Below, one piece after another: positions 50,835-60,410 of a stretch of 64,000 nucleotides of DNA. The DNA lies in the NCBI GenBank assembly GCA_040388985.1, contig JAZKAU010000002.1, positions 311,642 to 375,641 on the forward strand, given 5' to 3'. The notes beneath the pieces were generated by a model. That model was not told where the DNA came from and searched no databases. It saw nothing but the letters and a program-made list of their open reading frames with translations. How positions within the stretch are numbered: the stretch's first letter is position 1; each line of letters opens with the position of its first letter. The position numbers and the translations under genes are program-made. This DNA comes from Patescibacteria group bacterium. Its GTDB lineage: Bacteria > Patescibacteriota > Minisyncoccia > Phycocordibacterales > Phycocordibacteraceae.

Positions 50835-51560
50835 ATGTTCGAAGGCAAGGTAATCCTAGTAACCGGCGGCTCAAGCGGCATTGGCGCTTGTGCAGCCTTG
50901 CTGTTCGCTGAAGAGGGAGGAGATATCGCTTTCTCGTATAAGAGTAACGAAGCGGCAGCTGCTGAGATCGCGGCGAAGATTAAGGGGTTGGGCCGAAGGG
51001 TATTAGTCATTCAGGCAGACTTGGTCAATGAGAACGAAGCGAAAGAGATGGTCGCGAGAGTCATGGATGAATACGGAAGGATCGATATTCTCGTAAATAA
51101 TGCAGGTGGCTACATAGAGGGAGATGAGTGGAACGGGACTGTCGAGATCTGGACAAGATCCCTCTCGCAGAACCTTATTTCCACGATGAGCGTCTCGAAA
51201 TATGTGCTAGAGATCTTTCAGAAACAGAAAAGCGGAGTGATGGTGAACATCGCTTCGCGGCATGGGATGACCGGAGATTACTTTGCTCTTTCGTATGCTG
51301 CTGCAAAAGCCGGAGTGATAAACATAACGCAGGCATATGCAAAACTGCTCGAGCCGTTCGGCCGCGCTAATAGCGTCTCACCGTCTGCCACACATGCTGG
51401 CTACTGGCTCACTGCTCCTCAGCAGGAACTCGAAGAAACCTTGGCTGCACGTCCGGACCACAAGCTCGTTGAGCCGGAAACGGTAGCGAAGAAGATAGTC
51501 TTTCTCGCATCTCCCGAAGCTCGAGAGATTACGGGCCAGAATTTCCCCGTTACGGAATAA
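50835..51560 (+). CDS. SDR family oxidoreductase
   Basis: TGGSSGIG, NNAG, YAAAK. Confidence 0.92.
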   Translation: MFEGKVILVTGGSSGIGACAALLFAEEGGDIAFSYKSNEAAAAEIAAKIKGLGRRVLVIQADLVNENEAKEMVARVMDEYGRIDILVNNAGGYIEGDEWNGTVEIWTRSLSQNLISTMSVSKYVLEIFQKQKSGVMVNIASRHGMTGDYFALSYAAAKAGVINITQAYAKLLEPFGRANSVSPSATHAGYWLTAPQQELEETLAARPDHKLVEPETVAKKIVFLASPEAREITGQNFPVTE

Positions 51561-51646
51561 TCCCTCATTCATGCTTGAAAACGCGAAGCCAGGCTCATAT
51601 ATCTGGAATGTAGCTTAAGTTTAGTATCTAAGGGTATACTGGATTC

Positions 51647-51722
51647 GATGCGGTCGCCGAGGTGGTTCAGGTGCTTGCCCGCAAGGTAAGAGACGCAGGT
51701 TCAAGTCCTGCCCGCATCTCCA
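51647..51722 (+). tRNA. Atypical tRNA-Cys(GCA) with C33, G38; CCA overlaps the next ATG
   Basis: GATGCGG/CCGCATC acceptor stem, U73, CCA; CTTGC-CCGCAAG-GTAAG anticodon arm; GCAGG-TTCAAGT-CCTGC T-arm; TATACT 6 nt upstream. Confidence 0.8.
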
Positions 51723-52750
51723 TGACACCACAGGAGCATTTAGCGTCCGAGCTCTCAAGCTGTGCCCGATACGAGCTTTCTCCAGCTGAGCAGAAAGAGA
51801 TCGAAGGCGCCGGTCTGCCAGCATTCCTGAAACGACAACTGACTCGTAAGGCATTCCGTCGATGGAAGTTGCCAGAGGCAGCCGAGCAGCGCATCGATAC
51901 AGCAATCGCTCATTGCATCGAGAAGAACAAACCGATCACGTTCCGCTATCGTTTCGGTGGATACAAGCTCTGGCGACTGCCGTCCTCGCCGGAAGTCGAT
52001 TGGGCGGAGTTCTTCACGTTCGTTCACTATTCACGTTACTTGGCACCTATAGCGGCTGCGCATAAGCCAGGAGTAAGGATGATCTTCGCATCCGATGATG
52101 TTTTCGTAGAGCGGCTCGATAACATCGGGAAAGATAAGACCGAGGCATACTACCGTTCGTTCCAGGCGCTCTTAGATGAATTCCGAAAATATTTCCCCGA
52201 GAACTTCTCTATGGATGTGCTCAAGCACAGCTCACTTTATGAGAAGCCTGAAGACCTGGAGAAGGAATTCGAGGAGAAGATGATACAGATGACGAATGCA
52301 TGGGAAGATAAGCCGGAAGAGGCGCGACAAAGCGACCTCGCGACCTCGACCCTTAATATCCGTTGGGATGGAGTGGAGGATCTCACGAGCCTTTCGGATG
52401 AGGAGAAACAACGGAAGATCGTTACGAGTGCGATCATGCACGACGCGCTCGTAGCGCTCCCGACGATCCGGTCATTCACTGCCGATAATCCTGGCATTAT
52501 CTCAGTATTCAGCTTCCCGTTCCCGTCGCTGATCGCTATTGGTACGACCAAGACCTCGATAGCGAAATTCTGGGTGGGGACCGGCGTCCTGGAGCAGAAG
52601 GATGGCCACTACTATGACCGTGTGCTCACCCCTGGTCAAGCAGAACAAATTAGTGAGGCTCCTCACCAAGAGATTGCTGTTGATCTTATACCCTTCAAGA
52701 ACTTCTCGTCGGTCAGGATTTTTAATGGACGGCTAGATTTCGTGAAGTAA
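51722..52750 (+). CDS. Hypothetical enzyme, distantly PvcA/DIT1 (isocyanide synthase)-like
   Basis: PITFRYRFGGYK..EVDWAE..IAAAHKPGVRMIFASDDVF parallels the PvcA/DIT1 pattern PAFPxK..PDxAE..YxPG..SDG. Confidence 0.6.
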   Translation: MTPQEHLASELSSCARYELSPAEQKEIEGAGLPAFLKRQLTRKAFRRWKLPEAAEQRIDTAIAHCIEKNKPITFRYRFGGYKLWRLPSSPEVDWAEFFTFVHYSRYLAPIAAAHKPGVRMIFASDDVFVERLDNIGKDKTEAYYRSFQALLDEFRKYFPENFSMDVLKHSSLYEKPEDLEKEFEEKMIQMTNAWEDKPEEARQSDLATSTLNIRWDGVEDLTSLSDEEKQRKIVTSAIMHDALVALPTIRSFTADNPGIISVFSFPFPSLIAIGTTKTSIAKFWVGTGVLEQKDGHYYDRVLTPGQAEQISEAPHQEIAVDLIPFKNFSSVRIFNGRLDFVK

Positions 52751-52767
52751 GAGCTGGAATAATACAT

Positions 52768-53268
52768 ATGAAAGATCTCGGATTCATTAACCCCAGGAAT
52801 GTCTCTCGAGATGAAGGTGAAAATTACTCCCTACGGGAGGCTGCGCGGGCGATCGTTAGAGATGCGGAAGGACTAATAGCGATGCTCCATGTCACGAGAG
52901 ACAACTACTACAAGCTTCCAGGGGGCGGGGTGGAGGAAGGTGAAGATGTGATCACAGCTCTCAGGCGTGAATGCCAAGAAGAGATCGGGTGCGATATCGA
53001 AGTCACGAGTGAAATCGGAATGATCACTGAGTATTGGCAAGAAGACCGGGAGAAACAGATATCGCATTGCTATCTCGCGAATCTTGTGGGCGCTAAAGGA
53101 GAACCGAGTCTCACCGAAAGTGAAAGAGAGCGACGCTATAAGACCGTATGGCTTTCGTATAACGATGCGTTAAAAGCCTTAAGAGATAGTAGCCTGACTA
53201 ACTGGGAAGCTGAATATATTGTCCCTCGAGAAATCCTTTTTCTTGAAGAGATTAAGGAGCGTTTGTAG
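52768..53268 (+). CDS. NUDIX hydrolase
   Basis: GGGVEEGEDVITALRRECQEEIG Nudix box. Confidence 0.92.
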   Translation: MKDLGFINPRNVSRDEGENYSLREAARAIVRDAEGLIAMLHVTRDNYYKLPGGGVEEGEDVITALRRECQEEIGCDIEVTSEIGMITEYWQEDREKQISHCYLANLVGAKGEPSLTESERERRYKTVWLSYNDALKALRDSSLTNWEAEYIVPREILFLEEIKERL

Positions 53269-53299
53269 TCTCCAATTAGTTAGCTGGTACAATACATCC

Positions 53300-54223
53300 G
53301 TGGCAAAGAGCATAACTATCGGGAGTATCAATATGGATATCGTGAGTCAGGTAGAGAAACATCCTCTGCCTGGACAGACCATTACCGGTAAGGACTTTCT
53401 ATACGTTCCTGGCGGAAAGGGCGCGAATCAGGCTGTCGCCACTCGTCGGATGGGCACTTCGGTACAGATGGCTGGTATGGTCGGAAAAGACCCGTTCGCA
53501 GACACGCTCCTTAATTTCTATCTTTTTGAGGGGATAGATACTCAACATGTCTCGGTTGATAACGAACATCCGACTGGAGCCGCATTTGTCGCAGTAGATT
53601 CTGCTTCGGAGAACGTCATCTATGTAAGCGCGGGCGCTAATTCCAGACTTTCTTCGTTGCATATCGAAGCTATCGTTATTTCAGGCGACGACGTAGTCTC
53701 CGCCACACTCGAGACCCCCGTGAGTTCCACCAAAAGAGCTTTCGAAAAAGCACGGGAGGTAGGAGCCACTACTGTACTCAACGCCGCGCCTGCCCAGAAA
53801 GAAGCGGAAGAACTTTTTCCTCTAACGGATTACTTGATCGTAAACGAGACCGAACTCGCATATTTTGGAGCTATTGATCCAATTAGCTCTAAAGAAGAGG
53901 CTCAGGAAGTCATGAAGGACTTAGCTGCTCGTTTCGAGATGAATATCATTACTACTCTAGGGAGTAAGGGCGCGGCGTCGTATTTAAATAGAGAAGCGTT
54001 CAATGTCGACGGTTATGTAGTGAAAGCCGTAGATAGTACCGGAGCGGGGGATTGCTTCGTAGGAGCATTCGTAAGCATGCTTGTAGAGAAGAGAGGTGCA
54101 AAGGACGCTATCGAATTCGCGAATGCTGCCGCGGCCGTCAAGGTCCAGAAGCTGGGAGCTTCCTCGATGCCTCTGCGAGCCAACGTGGACAGCTTCTTGA
54201 ATCAGAGAGCAGTAACTTTGTAG
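53300..54223 (+). CDS. rbsK: Ribokinase (PfkB family)
   Basis: GSINMD, GGKGANQAVA, NAAPA, NETE, DSTGAGDCF; GTG start. Confidence 0.85.
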   Translation: MAKSITIGSINMDIVSQVEKHPLPGQTITGKDFLYVPGGKGANQAVATRRMGTSVQMAGMVGKDPFADTLLNFYLFEGIDTQHVSVDNEHPTGAAFVAVDSASENVIYVSAGANSRLSSLHIEAIVISGDDVVSATLETPVSSTKRAFEKAREVGATTVLNAAPAQKEAEELFPLTDYLIVNETELAYFGAIDPISSKEEAQEVMKDLAARFEMNIITTLGSKGAASYLNREAFNVDGYVVKAVDSTGAGDCFVGAFVSMLVEKRGAKDAIEFANAAAAVKVQKLGASSMPLRANVDSFLNQRAVTL

Positions 54224-55491
54224 ATCCGATTATCAGCCACTGTTTCTCTATTCTCGAGACCAACTATCTCGAAGGTGTAGTTATTTTCTTTCAGCGAGTC
54301 TTCAAGGATTCTAAGTGCATCCACATCCTTATTCGAGAATCCGATATACATAATCCCGTCCGGTGCAAGATAGTCTCTCGCGGTCTTCACGAATTTGCCG
54401 AGAACGCTCTCCTCATCGTTCTGCGTCTTGAATGCGTGGGCAAGGCTGGTCTCGGTCTTCGCGACCCTTTCGTTATGGAACGGAGGATTGAAGAAGATGA
54501 TGTCGAAGTAGTTCTTATAGATCGATGGTATCTTCTCAAACAGGTCGCTCTCGAAGACCACTCCTTTATCAGCATGAGGAGAACTTTCGAGATTATATTT
54601 TGCATTCTGAACAGCGACAGAATTGATATCGCTCATGACGACTTCCGTTGCTCCTGCGTCCAGAGCGACTAAGCCCATTGCCCCGTGTCCGCATGCTATA
54701 TCGGCTATCTTCTTGCCCTTAGATACTTCGCGCACCAGTCTCGCGAATAGTTTCGATGATCTGAATCGATTGGACGGATACACTCCGGGAAATACGGCCA
54801 TAACCAAGCCCGCAAATAGTATGCGATACGTATTCGCACTCTTAAGCACATGCTTATATATCTCAGCAACTCCAGCAGCCGGATAATATATCGGTGGAGA
54901 GTAATTCTGCTCCACAAGCGAATCAAGATACTCGAGCACTATGGACGCCGCTTTCTCGCCATCCTTCGCATAGAAAAGGGGAGTGGGATCAGCATGCATC
55001 AATTCCTCGGATACAAAGGAGTCGATAAGGGTCTTGTGTCGCTCAAAGTAGTCTCCCACGAGCACGAGCGGCTTATGGATCTCTCCGAGGATATTGAGAA
55101 TCTGTATCTCGAGGATCTCATGGAACGTACCGACTGCGCCCGGGAGCGCGATGAATGCATCTCCCAGCTCGATGAGTCTGCGCTGACGGTCATAGTGATC
55201 GGTATACGCTTCGTATTCCGTGAAGTCGGGACTGGGCTCCGGCTCACGATTCCCGAGTGCTATCCCGAACAGGCTGCCACGCATCCTCCCTGTCTCTCTA
55301 GCTACGACGCCCATGAGTCCTGTCTGGCCGCCCCCGGTATTGATGCCATAGCCCGCTTCACTTATCCTGCATGCCAAAGTCTCCGCGTCACCTATATAAC
55401 GTTTGTTATGAGTGTTCCTCCCGCTTGCGAATATGGTCACGCGAGGTGTATATCCGCCCTTCGTTTTCTTAATCACATTGGTAGTTGTCAT
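54202..55491 (-). CDS. LOG/SLOG-family phosphoribohydrolase fused to an NPPF-type methyltransferase
   Basis: TGGG..GLMG, PGAVGTFHE; then VFPGVYP, DIACGHG, SDLF, FNPPF. Confidence 0.82.
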   Translation of the reverse strand: MTTTNVIKKTKGGYTPRVTIFASGRNTHNKRYIGDAETLACRISEAGYGINTGGGQTGLMGVVARETGRMRGSLFGIALGNREPEPSPDFTEYEAYTDHYDRQRRLIELGDAFIALPGAVGTFHEILEIQILNILGEIHKPLVLVGDYFERHKTLIDSFVSEELMHADPTPLFYAKDGEKAASIVLEYLDSLVEQNYSPPIYYPAAGVAEIYKHVLKSANTYRILFAGLVMAVFPGVYPSNRFRSSKLFARLVREVSKGKKIADIACGHGAMGLVALDAGATEVVMSDINSVAVQNAKYNLESSPHADKGVVFESDLFEKIPSIYKNYFDIIFFNPPFHNERVAKTETSLAHAFKTQNDEESVLGKFVKTARDYLAPDGIMYIGFSNKDVDALRILEDSLKENNYTFEIVGLENRETVADNRIYKVTAL

Positions 55492-55522
55492 ACCGGAGAG
55501 TATGATGCGAATAGCACATCAC

Positions 55523-55551
55523 TGTCAAACACTGTCAGACAGTATTTGACA
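55523..55551. promoter_or_regulatory. Inverted-repeat operator candidate
   Basis: TGTCAAACACTGTC-A-GACAGTATTTGACA between divergent genes. Confidence 0.6.
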
Positions 55552-55579
55552 ACAAGTCAGCGCGGACTATACTGACCCT

Positions 55580-56341
55580 ATGGAATTACAGAGGACTCTC
55601 GAAGCACTCGGATTCTCAGCGAAGGAAATCCAGGTATATCTAGCCATCATCAAGCTCGGAAAGACGACGCCTGCGGCAGTGGCTAAGATAACGAAGATAG
55701 GAAGGCCGACGGTGTATAACCTCGTAAAGAGCCTTATATCGAAAGGAGTGATAGCTGAGGATAAGGCTGACGCAATCCTTCACCTGGTCGCGCTGCCGCC
55801 GGAAGGATTGCGGGCATTCATCGAGCGCTCGAAAGTCGAGCTTCAGAAGAAAGAAGCGCTGGTAGATACGGCTATAGAAGAACTCGGTCTTATTCATTCA
55901 GGCGAGACGTATCCGGTGCCGCGTCTGCGATTCGTAGAGGAGAACGAACTGCGTGACTATCTCTTCCAGAATGCGGTCAAATGGAATGAGAGCGTCCTGT
56001 CTAAGGACGGAATTTGGCATGGCTTTCAGGACCATAGCTTCCTTGAGAACTACGCGGACTGGATCGATTGGACCGTGAAGAAATTCAAAGGGAAGGACTA
56101 CGCAGTGCATCTCTTTAGTAATGCGTCGAAGATAGAGGAGAAGATCGAAGGTATGATTCCTGAACGATCCGTAAAGTTTCTTAAGAATTCTCGCTTCACA
56201 GCGACCACCTGGGTCGTGGGCGACTATCTCGTCATGATCTCAACCTCCAAAGCACCGTTCTACCTTGTGGAGATACATGACGCTCTCATGGCCGGAAACA
56301 TGCGCGAAGTCTTCAAGAATATGTGGGAGGTGAATAAATAA
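55580..56341 (+). CDS. TrmB-family HTH transcriptional regulator
   Basis: LGFSAKEIQVYLA..IGRPTVYNLVKSLISKGVI; C-terminal sensor domain. Confidence 0.88.
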   Translation: MELQRTLEALGFSAKEIQVYLAIIKLGKTTPAAVAKITKIGRPTVYNLVKSLISKGVIAEDKADAILHLVALPPEGLRAFIERSKVELQKKEALVDTAIEELGLIHSGETYPVPRLRFVEENELRDYLFQNAVKWNESVLSKDGIWHGFQDHSFLENYADWIDWTVKKFKGKDYAVHLFSNASKIEEKIEGMIPERSVKFLKNSRFTATTWVVGDYLVMISTSKAPFYLVEIHDALMAGNMREVFKNMWEVNK

Positions 56342-56391
56342 GCCTCTTCAATCTCATGCGTAAGAACTGATACAATTCTTTTAAGATAACT

Positions 56392-58170
56392 ATGACCAAT
56401 GAGTTCCGAGAAATCCTCCTAGGGCTCAAGAGAGTATCTTCATTGCTAGCCAAGGAAGAGAAGCGGTCGCTGCTTATCGCGACGGTGATTATGCTCGTCA
56501 CGGGTTTCCTGGCGAACGTCCCGGCTCTCGTTCTCGGGCGGTTCGTTGATACGATCGTCCATCTCGAACATCCGACGTTCAGTATCGCGATACCATTTCT
56601 GATCATTATCGTCATCGCGGTCGTGTCCAAAGAAGTGCTCACGGTCTTCCGCAAATACCTCGTCGAGAATGTCGCGACGCAGACCGAGAAGAAGCAGACG
56701 GTAAGTACGATAGAGCGCCTCCTTAAGACGGACATCGACTTCATAACCAAGAATCGCATCGGTGCGCTTCATGGAAGGATATTCCGGTCGATACAGGGCC
56801 TGGTGAAGCTCCTCAAACTGGGCTTCCTGGATTTCTTCCCAGCCTTCTTCGCGGCGCTTACCGCGCTTGCCATCGCCTTCTACCAGAAGCCGCCGCTCGC
56901 GGCGTTCATGATCCTCGTCATTCCGGTCGGCCTGTTCATCATCGTAAAGCAGGTGGCCTCTCAGAAGGGTGTTCGCGTATCGCTTCTGCGCGGCAAGGAA
57001 GACGTGGACGCCAAAGTTATCGAGATGATGGGCGGGCTTGAGACCATTCGTGTTCTCAACACTACTGACGTAGAGGTGAGAGGCATCGAGGCTATTACCG
57101 AACGGCTGCGAAAGATCGAGATCAAGCACCATATAGCCATGGCGCTCTATGACGCCGCGAAGTATCTGAACGAAGCGTTCTTCTACGTGCTGGTCGTTTC
57201 CATAGCCGTGTATTTTGCTGTCACGGGAACTATCTCAAACGGAGACATCCTCACCTACTCGATACTCTTCCTGAGCGTCATCAGCCCGCTCAGGGAAATC
57301 CATCGCATACTCGACGAGGCGCATGAAAGCTCGATACGTGTCCAGGACCTGTATGAGTTGCAGCATCAGCCGATAGACGCGTCATTTGGTGAGGAAGGTA
57401 TCGCTTCGACTCAGACGTCAGAGAATGCAATCGAAGCCCATAATCTTTCCTTCAGGTATGAAAAGGGTGGTCAGCTGATCCTGAATACTGTAAGCCTCTC
57501 TATAAAACGAGAAGAGAAGATAGGTCTCGTGGGAGCTTCGGGGCATGGGAAATCGACATTCGTGAAAGTACTGCTTCGACTGGTCCATGGATATGAAGGA
57601 AGTGTCATGCTATTCGGCAAAGACCTGGAAAAGATAAGTCGCGAGGAAATGGCGCGACAGATCGCCTATATTCCTCAGAAGAGCTATGTTTTCCGCGGAA
57701 CTGTACGGGATAACATCACCTATGGAAGCGGGCAAAGAATTACTGACGAGCAAGTCATCGAGGCGGCTCGAAAAGCGAATATCTTGGAGGAGATAGAGAG
57801 CTCGCTCGGTGGATTGGATGGGCAAGTAGCAGAAGGCGGCAACAATCTGAGCGGAGGACAGAGACAGAGGATCGCACTCGCGCGCCTCATGCTCCAGAAG
57901 CCGGAGCTACTCATTCTCGACGAGGCGACGTCAGCTCTCGATAATACGAATGAAGCTGTCGTCCAGAAGAATCTCGAACACGCATTCGCGGACGCCACCG
58001 TCATCGCGGTAGCTCATCGACTTACTACGCTCCAGAATATGGATCGAATACTCGTCTTCGAGAACGGCTCCATCGTCCAGGAGGGTACGTATCAAGAGCT
58101 CTCAGCGAGACCCGGCTTATTCAAGACCTTCCTGACGCAGCAGGATACAGGAAAGGACTCAGGAACGTAA
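56392..58170 (+). CDS. ABC exporter permease/ATPase fusion
   Basis: TM domain, GASGHGKST, LSGGQRQR, ILDEATSALD. Confidence 0.93.
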   Translation: MTNEFREILLGLKRVSSLLAKEEKRSLLIATVIMLVTGFLANVPALVLGRFVDTIVHLEHPTFSIAIPFLIIIVIAVVSKEVLTVFRKYLVENVATQTEKKQTVSTIERLLKTDIDFITKNRIGALHGRIFRSIQGLVKLLKLGFLDFFPAFFAALTALAIAFYQKPPLAAFMILVIPVGLFIIVKQVASQKGVRVSLLRGKEDVDAKVIEMMGGLETIRVLNTTDVEVRGIEAITERLRKIEIKHHIAMALYDAAKYLNEAFFYVLVVSIAVYFAVTGTISNGDILTYSILFLSVISPLREIHRILDEAHESSIRVQDLYELQHQPIDASFGEEGIASTQTSENAIEAHNLSFRYEKGGQLILNTVSLSIKREEKIGLVGASGHGKSTFVKVLLRLVHGYEGSVMLFGKDLEKISREEMARQIAYIPQKSYVFRGTVRDNITYGSGQRITDEQVIEAARKANILEEIESSLGGLDGQVAEGGNNLSGGQRQRIALARLMLQKPELLILDEATSALDNTNEAVVQKNLEHAFADATVIAVAHRLTTLQNMDRILVFENGSIVQEGTYQELSARPGLFKTFLTQQDTGKDSGT

Positions 58171-58218
58171 GCTATTCAAAATACTTTCCACCTTGATTCC
58201 GGGTGGTAGTATGCAGGT

Positions 58219-58701
58219 ATGAAAACTGACAAAGAAGGGAAGCTCGAGGAAGCTTCGTCGTTCCTGGTCGGACACGAGGCAGGGGTGTTAGCCACTATCT
58301 CGCAGACCGGAGGCGCGCGAGCGCGGCTGGTGTACTACACGTGCGATGATGCATTCAACGTCTATTTCATAACGCTCAAGAATACGCGCAAGGTGACCGA
58401 CATGATCTTCAACAGTAGCGCCGCATTCGTCGTCTCAGAAACAGAGATTCCCCGGACACTCCAGATGGAGGGAACCGTGTCGAATCTCAGCGATACGGCG
58501 ACAGATGATCCACTCCTTACCGACTTCGTACACAGGCTTATGGAACATAAGAAGTACGGCATACCGCTGGCGCACTTTGACGCGAGCGAGCTGCAATTCT
58601 ACAAATTCACGCCCGATTGGATTCGTTGGGGCGATTTCACGTTCGGACAGGGCACGGATGCCGTGTTCACCGAACTGCATCCTATCGAAGGGGATTCATA
58701 A
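58219..58701 (+). CDS. Pyridoxamine 5'-phosphate oxidase-like FMN-binding protein
   Basis: GVLATI..RARLV..YFIT..TRKV..LQMEG. Confidence 0.8.
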   Translation: MKTDKEGKLEEASSFLVGHEAGVLATISQTGGARARLVYYTCDDAFNVYFITLKNTRKVTDMIFNSSAAFVVSETEIPRTLQMEGTVSNLSDTATDDPLLTDFVHRLMEHKKYGIPLAHFDASELQFYKFTPDWIRWGDFTFGQGTDAVFTELHPIEGDS

Positions 58702-58731
58702 TATATTGAATCTTTGAAACTAGAGCTTACA

Positions 58732-58807
58732 TTGCTACTAACCCGAGTGCTTGCGTATAAATAGAAAAGGGCCCGACGTACGCCGTACGTCGGACTCCTC
58801 TTGCCTC
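58732..58807. repeat. Conserved downstream flank, copy 1 (terminator-containing)
   Basis: TTGCTACTAACCC..TTGCGT.TAAATAGAAAAGG..CCGAC hairpin..TTGCCTC; matches 59527-59603. Confidence 0.8.
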
Positions 58808-58840
58808 AGCTCCCTCGCGTTTAGCGGGGGAGCGTCAACC

Positions 58841-59371
58841 TCATTCGGATGGGACGGCGAGCCGCACCACTTCGATATACTCGCCCTTGCGCGAGAACGA
58901 GATCTTCGCGATCTGCCCGGGCTCCAGGTCGAGGTCGGGCCGCGGCTGACCCCTGCACGCCGAGAGCATCATCTCGGCGAGATAGGGGCTGACGTTCAGG
59001 AAGATCGAAGCGCCGGGCTTCGAAGCCTTGATGAGGGGGGTGATCTCGAAGATCGCATTCCTCGCCCTCATGCCGAAGAGATCGGGGTCCTTGTCGTAGA
59101 CGGCGGCGGCCAGGTTGCAGGGAATGGAATGCTCCGGCGGAACGAAGAGGTCCGAGGGATCTTCCGGATGCGGTCCGAGCGATGCAAGGGTATGCAGCCA
59201 GGCATAATCCGGGACCAGTTGCCGAGTCGACTCGACCGCCTCCCGAAGGGGCGAGCAGCCGACGAAGCTGAAGCTGGTGCCTGCCAGGCACGCCTCGCGA
59301 ACCCTTTCGGTGATAATCGCGTTCCCCGTATGGCAGCTGAGGAAGACAGTGATAGGCTTGGTCACGAGCAT
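58841..59371 (-). CDS. Degenerate histidine-phosphatase-fold protein (paralog of 59626-60222)
   Basis: FLSCH, CSPLREAVES; SD AAGGAG; shares PDY and LE.G.IA..F motifs with the paralog. Confidence 0.6.
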   Translation of the reverse strand: MLVTKPITVFLSCHTGNAIITERVREACLAGTSFSFVGCSPLREAVESTRQLVPDYAWLHTLASLGPHPEDPSDLFVPPEHSIPCNLAAAVYDKDPDLFGMRARNAIFEITPLIKASKPGASIFLNVSPYLAEMMLSACRGQPRPDLDLEPGQIAKISFSRKGEYIEVVRLAVPSE

Positions 59372-59526
59372 CTCCTTGAAAATTGACCGTATGAAGTTGA
59401 ATCTGTGGTGTACACGCTCTACTCAGGCGCACATGCAGAGTCTTGAATACTGTAACATATTTAACAAGACAGGTCAATGATAGAATCATTGACCTACGGT
59501 ACGTATTCTCGAAGCTGAAGCTTTAG

Positions 59527-59603
59527 TTGCTACTAACCCTAGCGCTTGCGTGTAAATAGAAAAAGGCCCGACACACGCTGTGCGTCGGAACCCTTTTGCC
59601 TCT
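59527..59603. repeat. Conserved downstream flank, copy 2
   Basis: Colinear with 58732-58807; hairpin arms changed but remain paired. Confidence 0.8.
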
Positions 59604-59625
59604 CGCTCCAGGCGAGCAGGCTGCT

Positions 59626-60222
59626 TCACCCGGTCGGGACGGGGAGGCGAGTCAGGGCCACGAACTTGCCAGCTGGGGTGAACGCGAATCGGGCGATCTC
59701 GCCCTTCTCCAAGTCCTGCACGGGCTGATTCTGCTCGAGCGCCACCCCTATCCCCATTTCGGCGATAGGGCAGTGCGTGGTCAGGAAGACCGAATCGCCG
59801 GGATCGCACTCGTTGACGATTCTGTGGATCCCGAGGAACGCATCGAGCCCTTTCGCCCGTATGAGCAGGGGGGCTATGGTGCAGCAGGCCTGAGCTAAGA
59901 AGCCAACCGGAGCCGGCGCCATCGTCGCGAGGAACGACCAGTCCTCGTCGTCGTGCGGGCTGAGCCAGTCGAACGTCTCGATCTTGGTATAGTCCGGGAC
60001 CAGCAGCTGGGTGGACAAGATGCCGCGCTTCACCTGCGTGGAGCCGACGCGGCGGTACTTGATGCCGTTCAGATGTGCCATGCGGATGCGGTGAGCGCGC
60101 AGCCTGTGGCCGGGAGCGAGATCTGCCCCCAAGTCCCAGGTGTCCGTGCTCTTGGGCGGCACCTGCGGCAGATGCCGGGCGAGGTCGACGTGGATGTATT
60201 CGGGATGTGCGGGATCGATCAA
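59626..60222 (-). CDS. Histidine-phosphatase-fold protein
   Basis: DLARH, STQVKRGILST, FLTTH; TTG start after GGAGG. Confidence 0.6.
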   Translation of the reverse strand: MIDPAHPEYIHVDLARHLPQVPPKSTDTWDLGADLAPGHRLRAHRIRMAHLNGIKYRRVGSTQVKRGILSTQLLVPDYTKIETFDWLSPHDDEDWSFLATMAPAPVGFLAQACCTIAPLLIRAKGLDAFLGIHRIVNECDPGDSVFLTTHCPIAEMGIGVALEQNQPVQDLEKGEIARFAFTPAGKFVALTRLPVPTG

Positions 60223-60410
60223 TGGTGCCTCCTCCGGCTGACCTTGTGAAGCTGGATGTGGTGTACGTTCTCTGCACAAACGAACTTGCAGAGTCCCTTA
60301 TAATATACCATCTGTAAAGATAGTAGTCAATGATTGCTTAATTTCGCCTCTGTCCAAGCCACCAAAGCTGTTGTATGCTCAAAGCATTCATTAACGATAA
60401 TTTGCCGGTT

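Noticed and set aside
51662-51721. N-terminal extension of the 51662-52750 ORF
   Set aside because: Lies inside the tRNA-Cys cloverleaf; ATG 51722 preferred
59486-60277. Long Arg/Pro-rich alternative-frame ORFs (also 58821-59489, 58751-59386)
   Set aside because: GC-rich shadow frames; the paralogous frames with SD sequences are the credible genes
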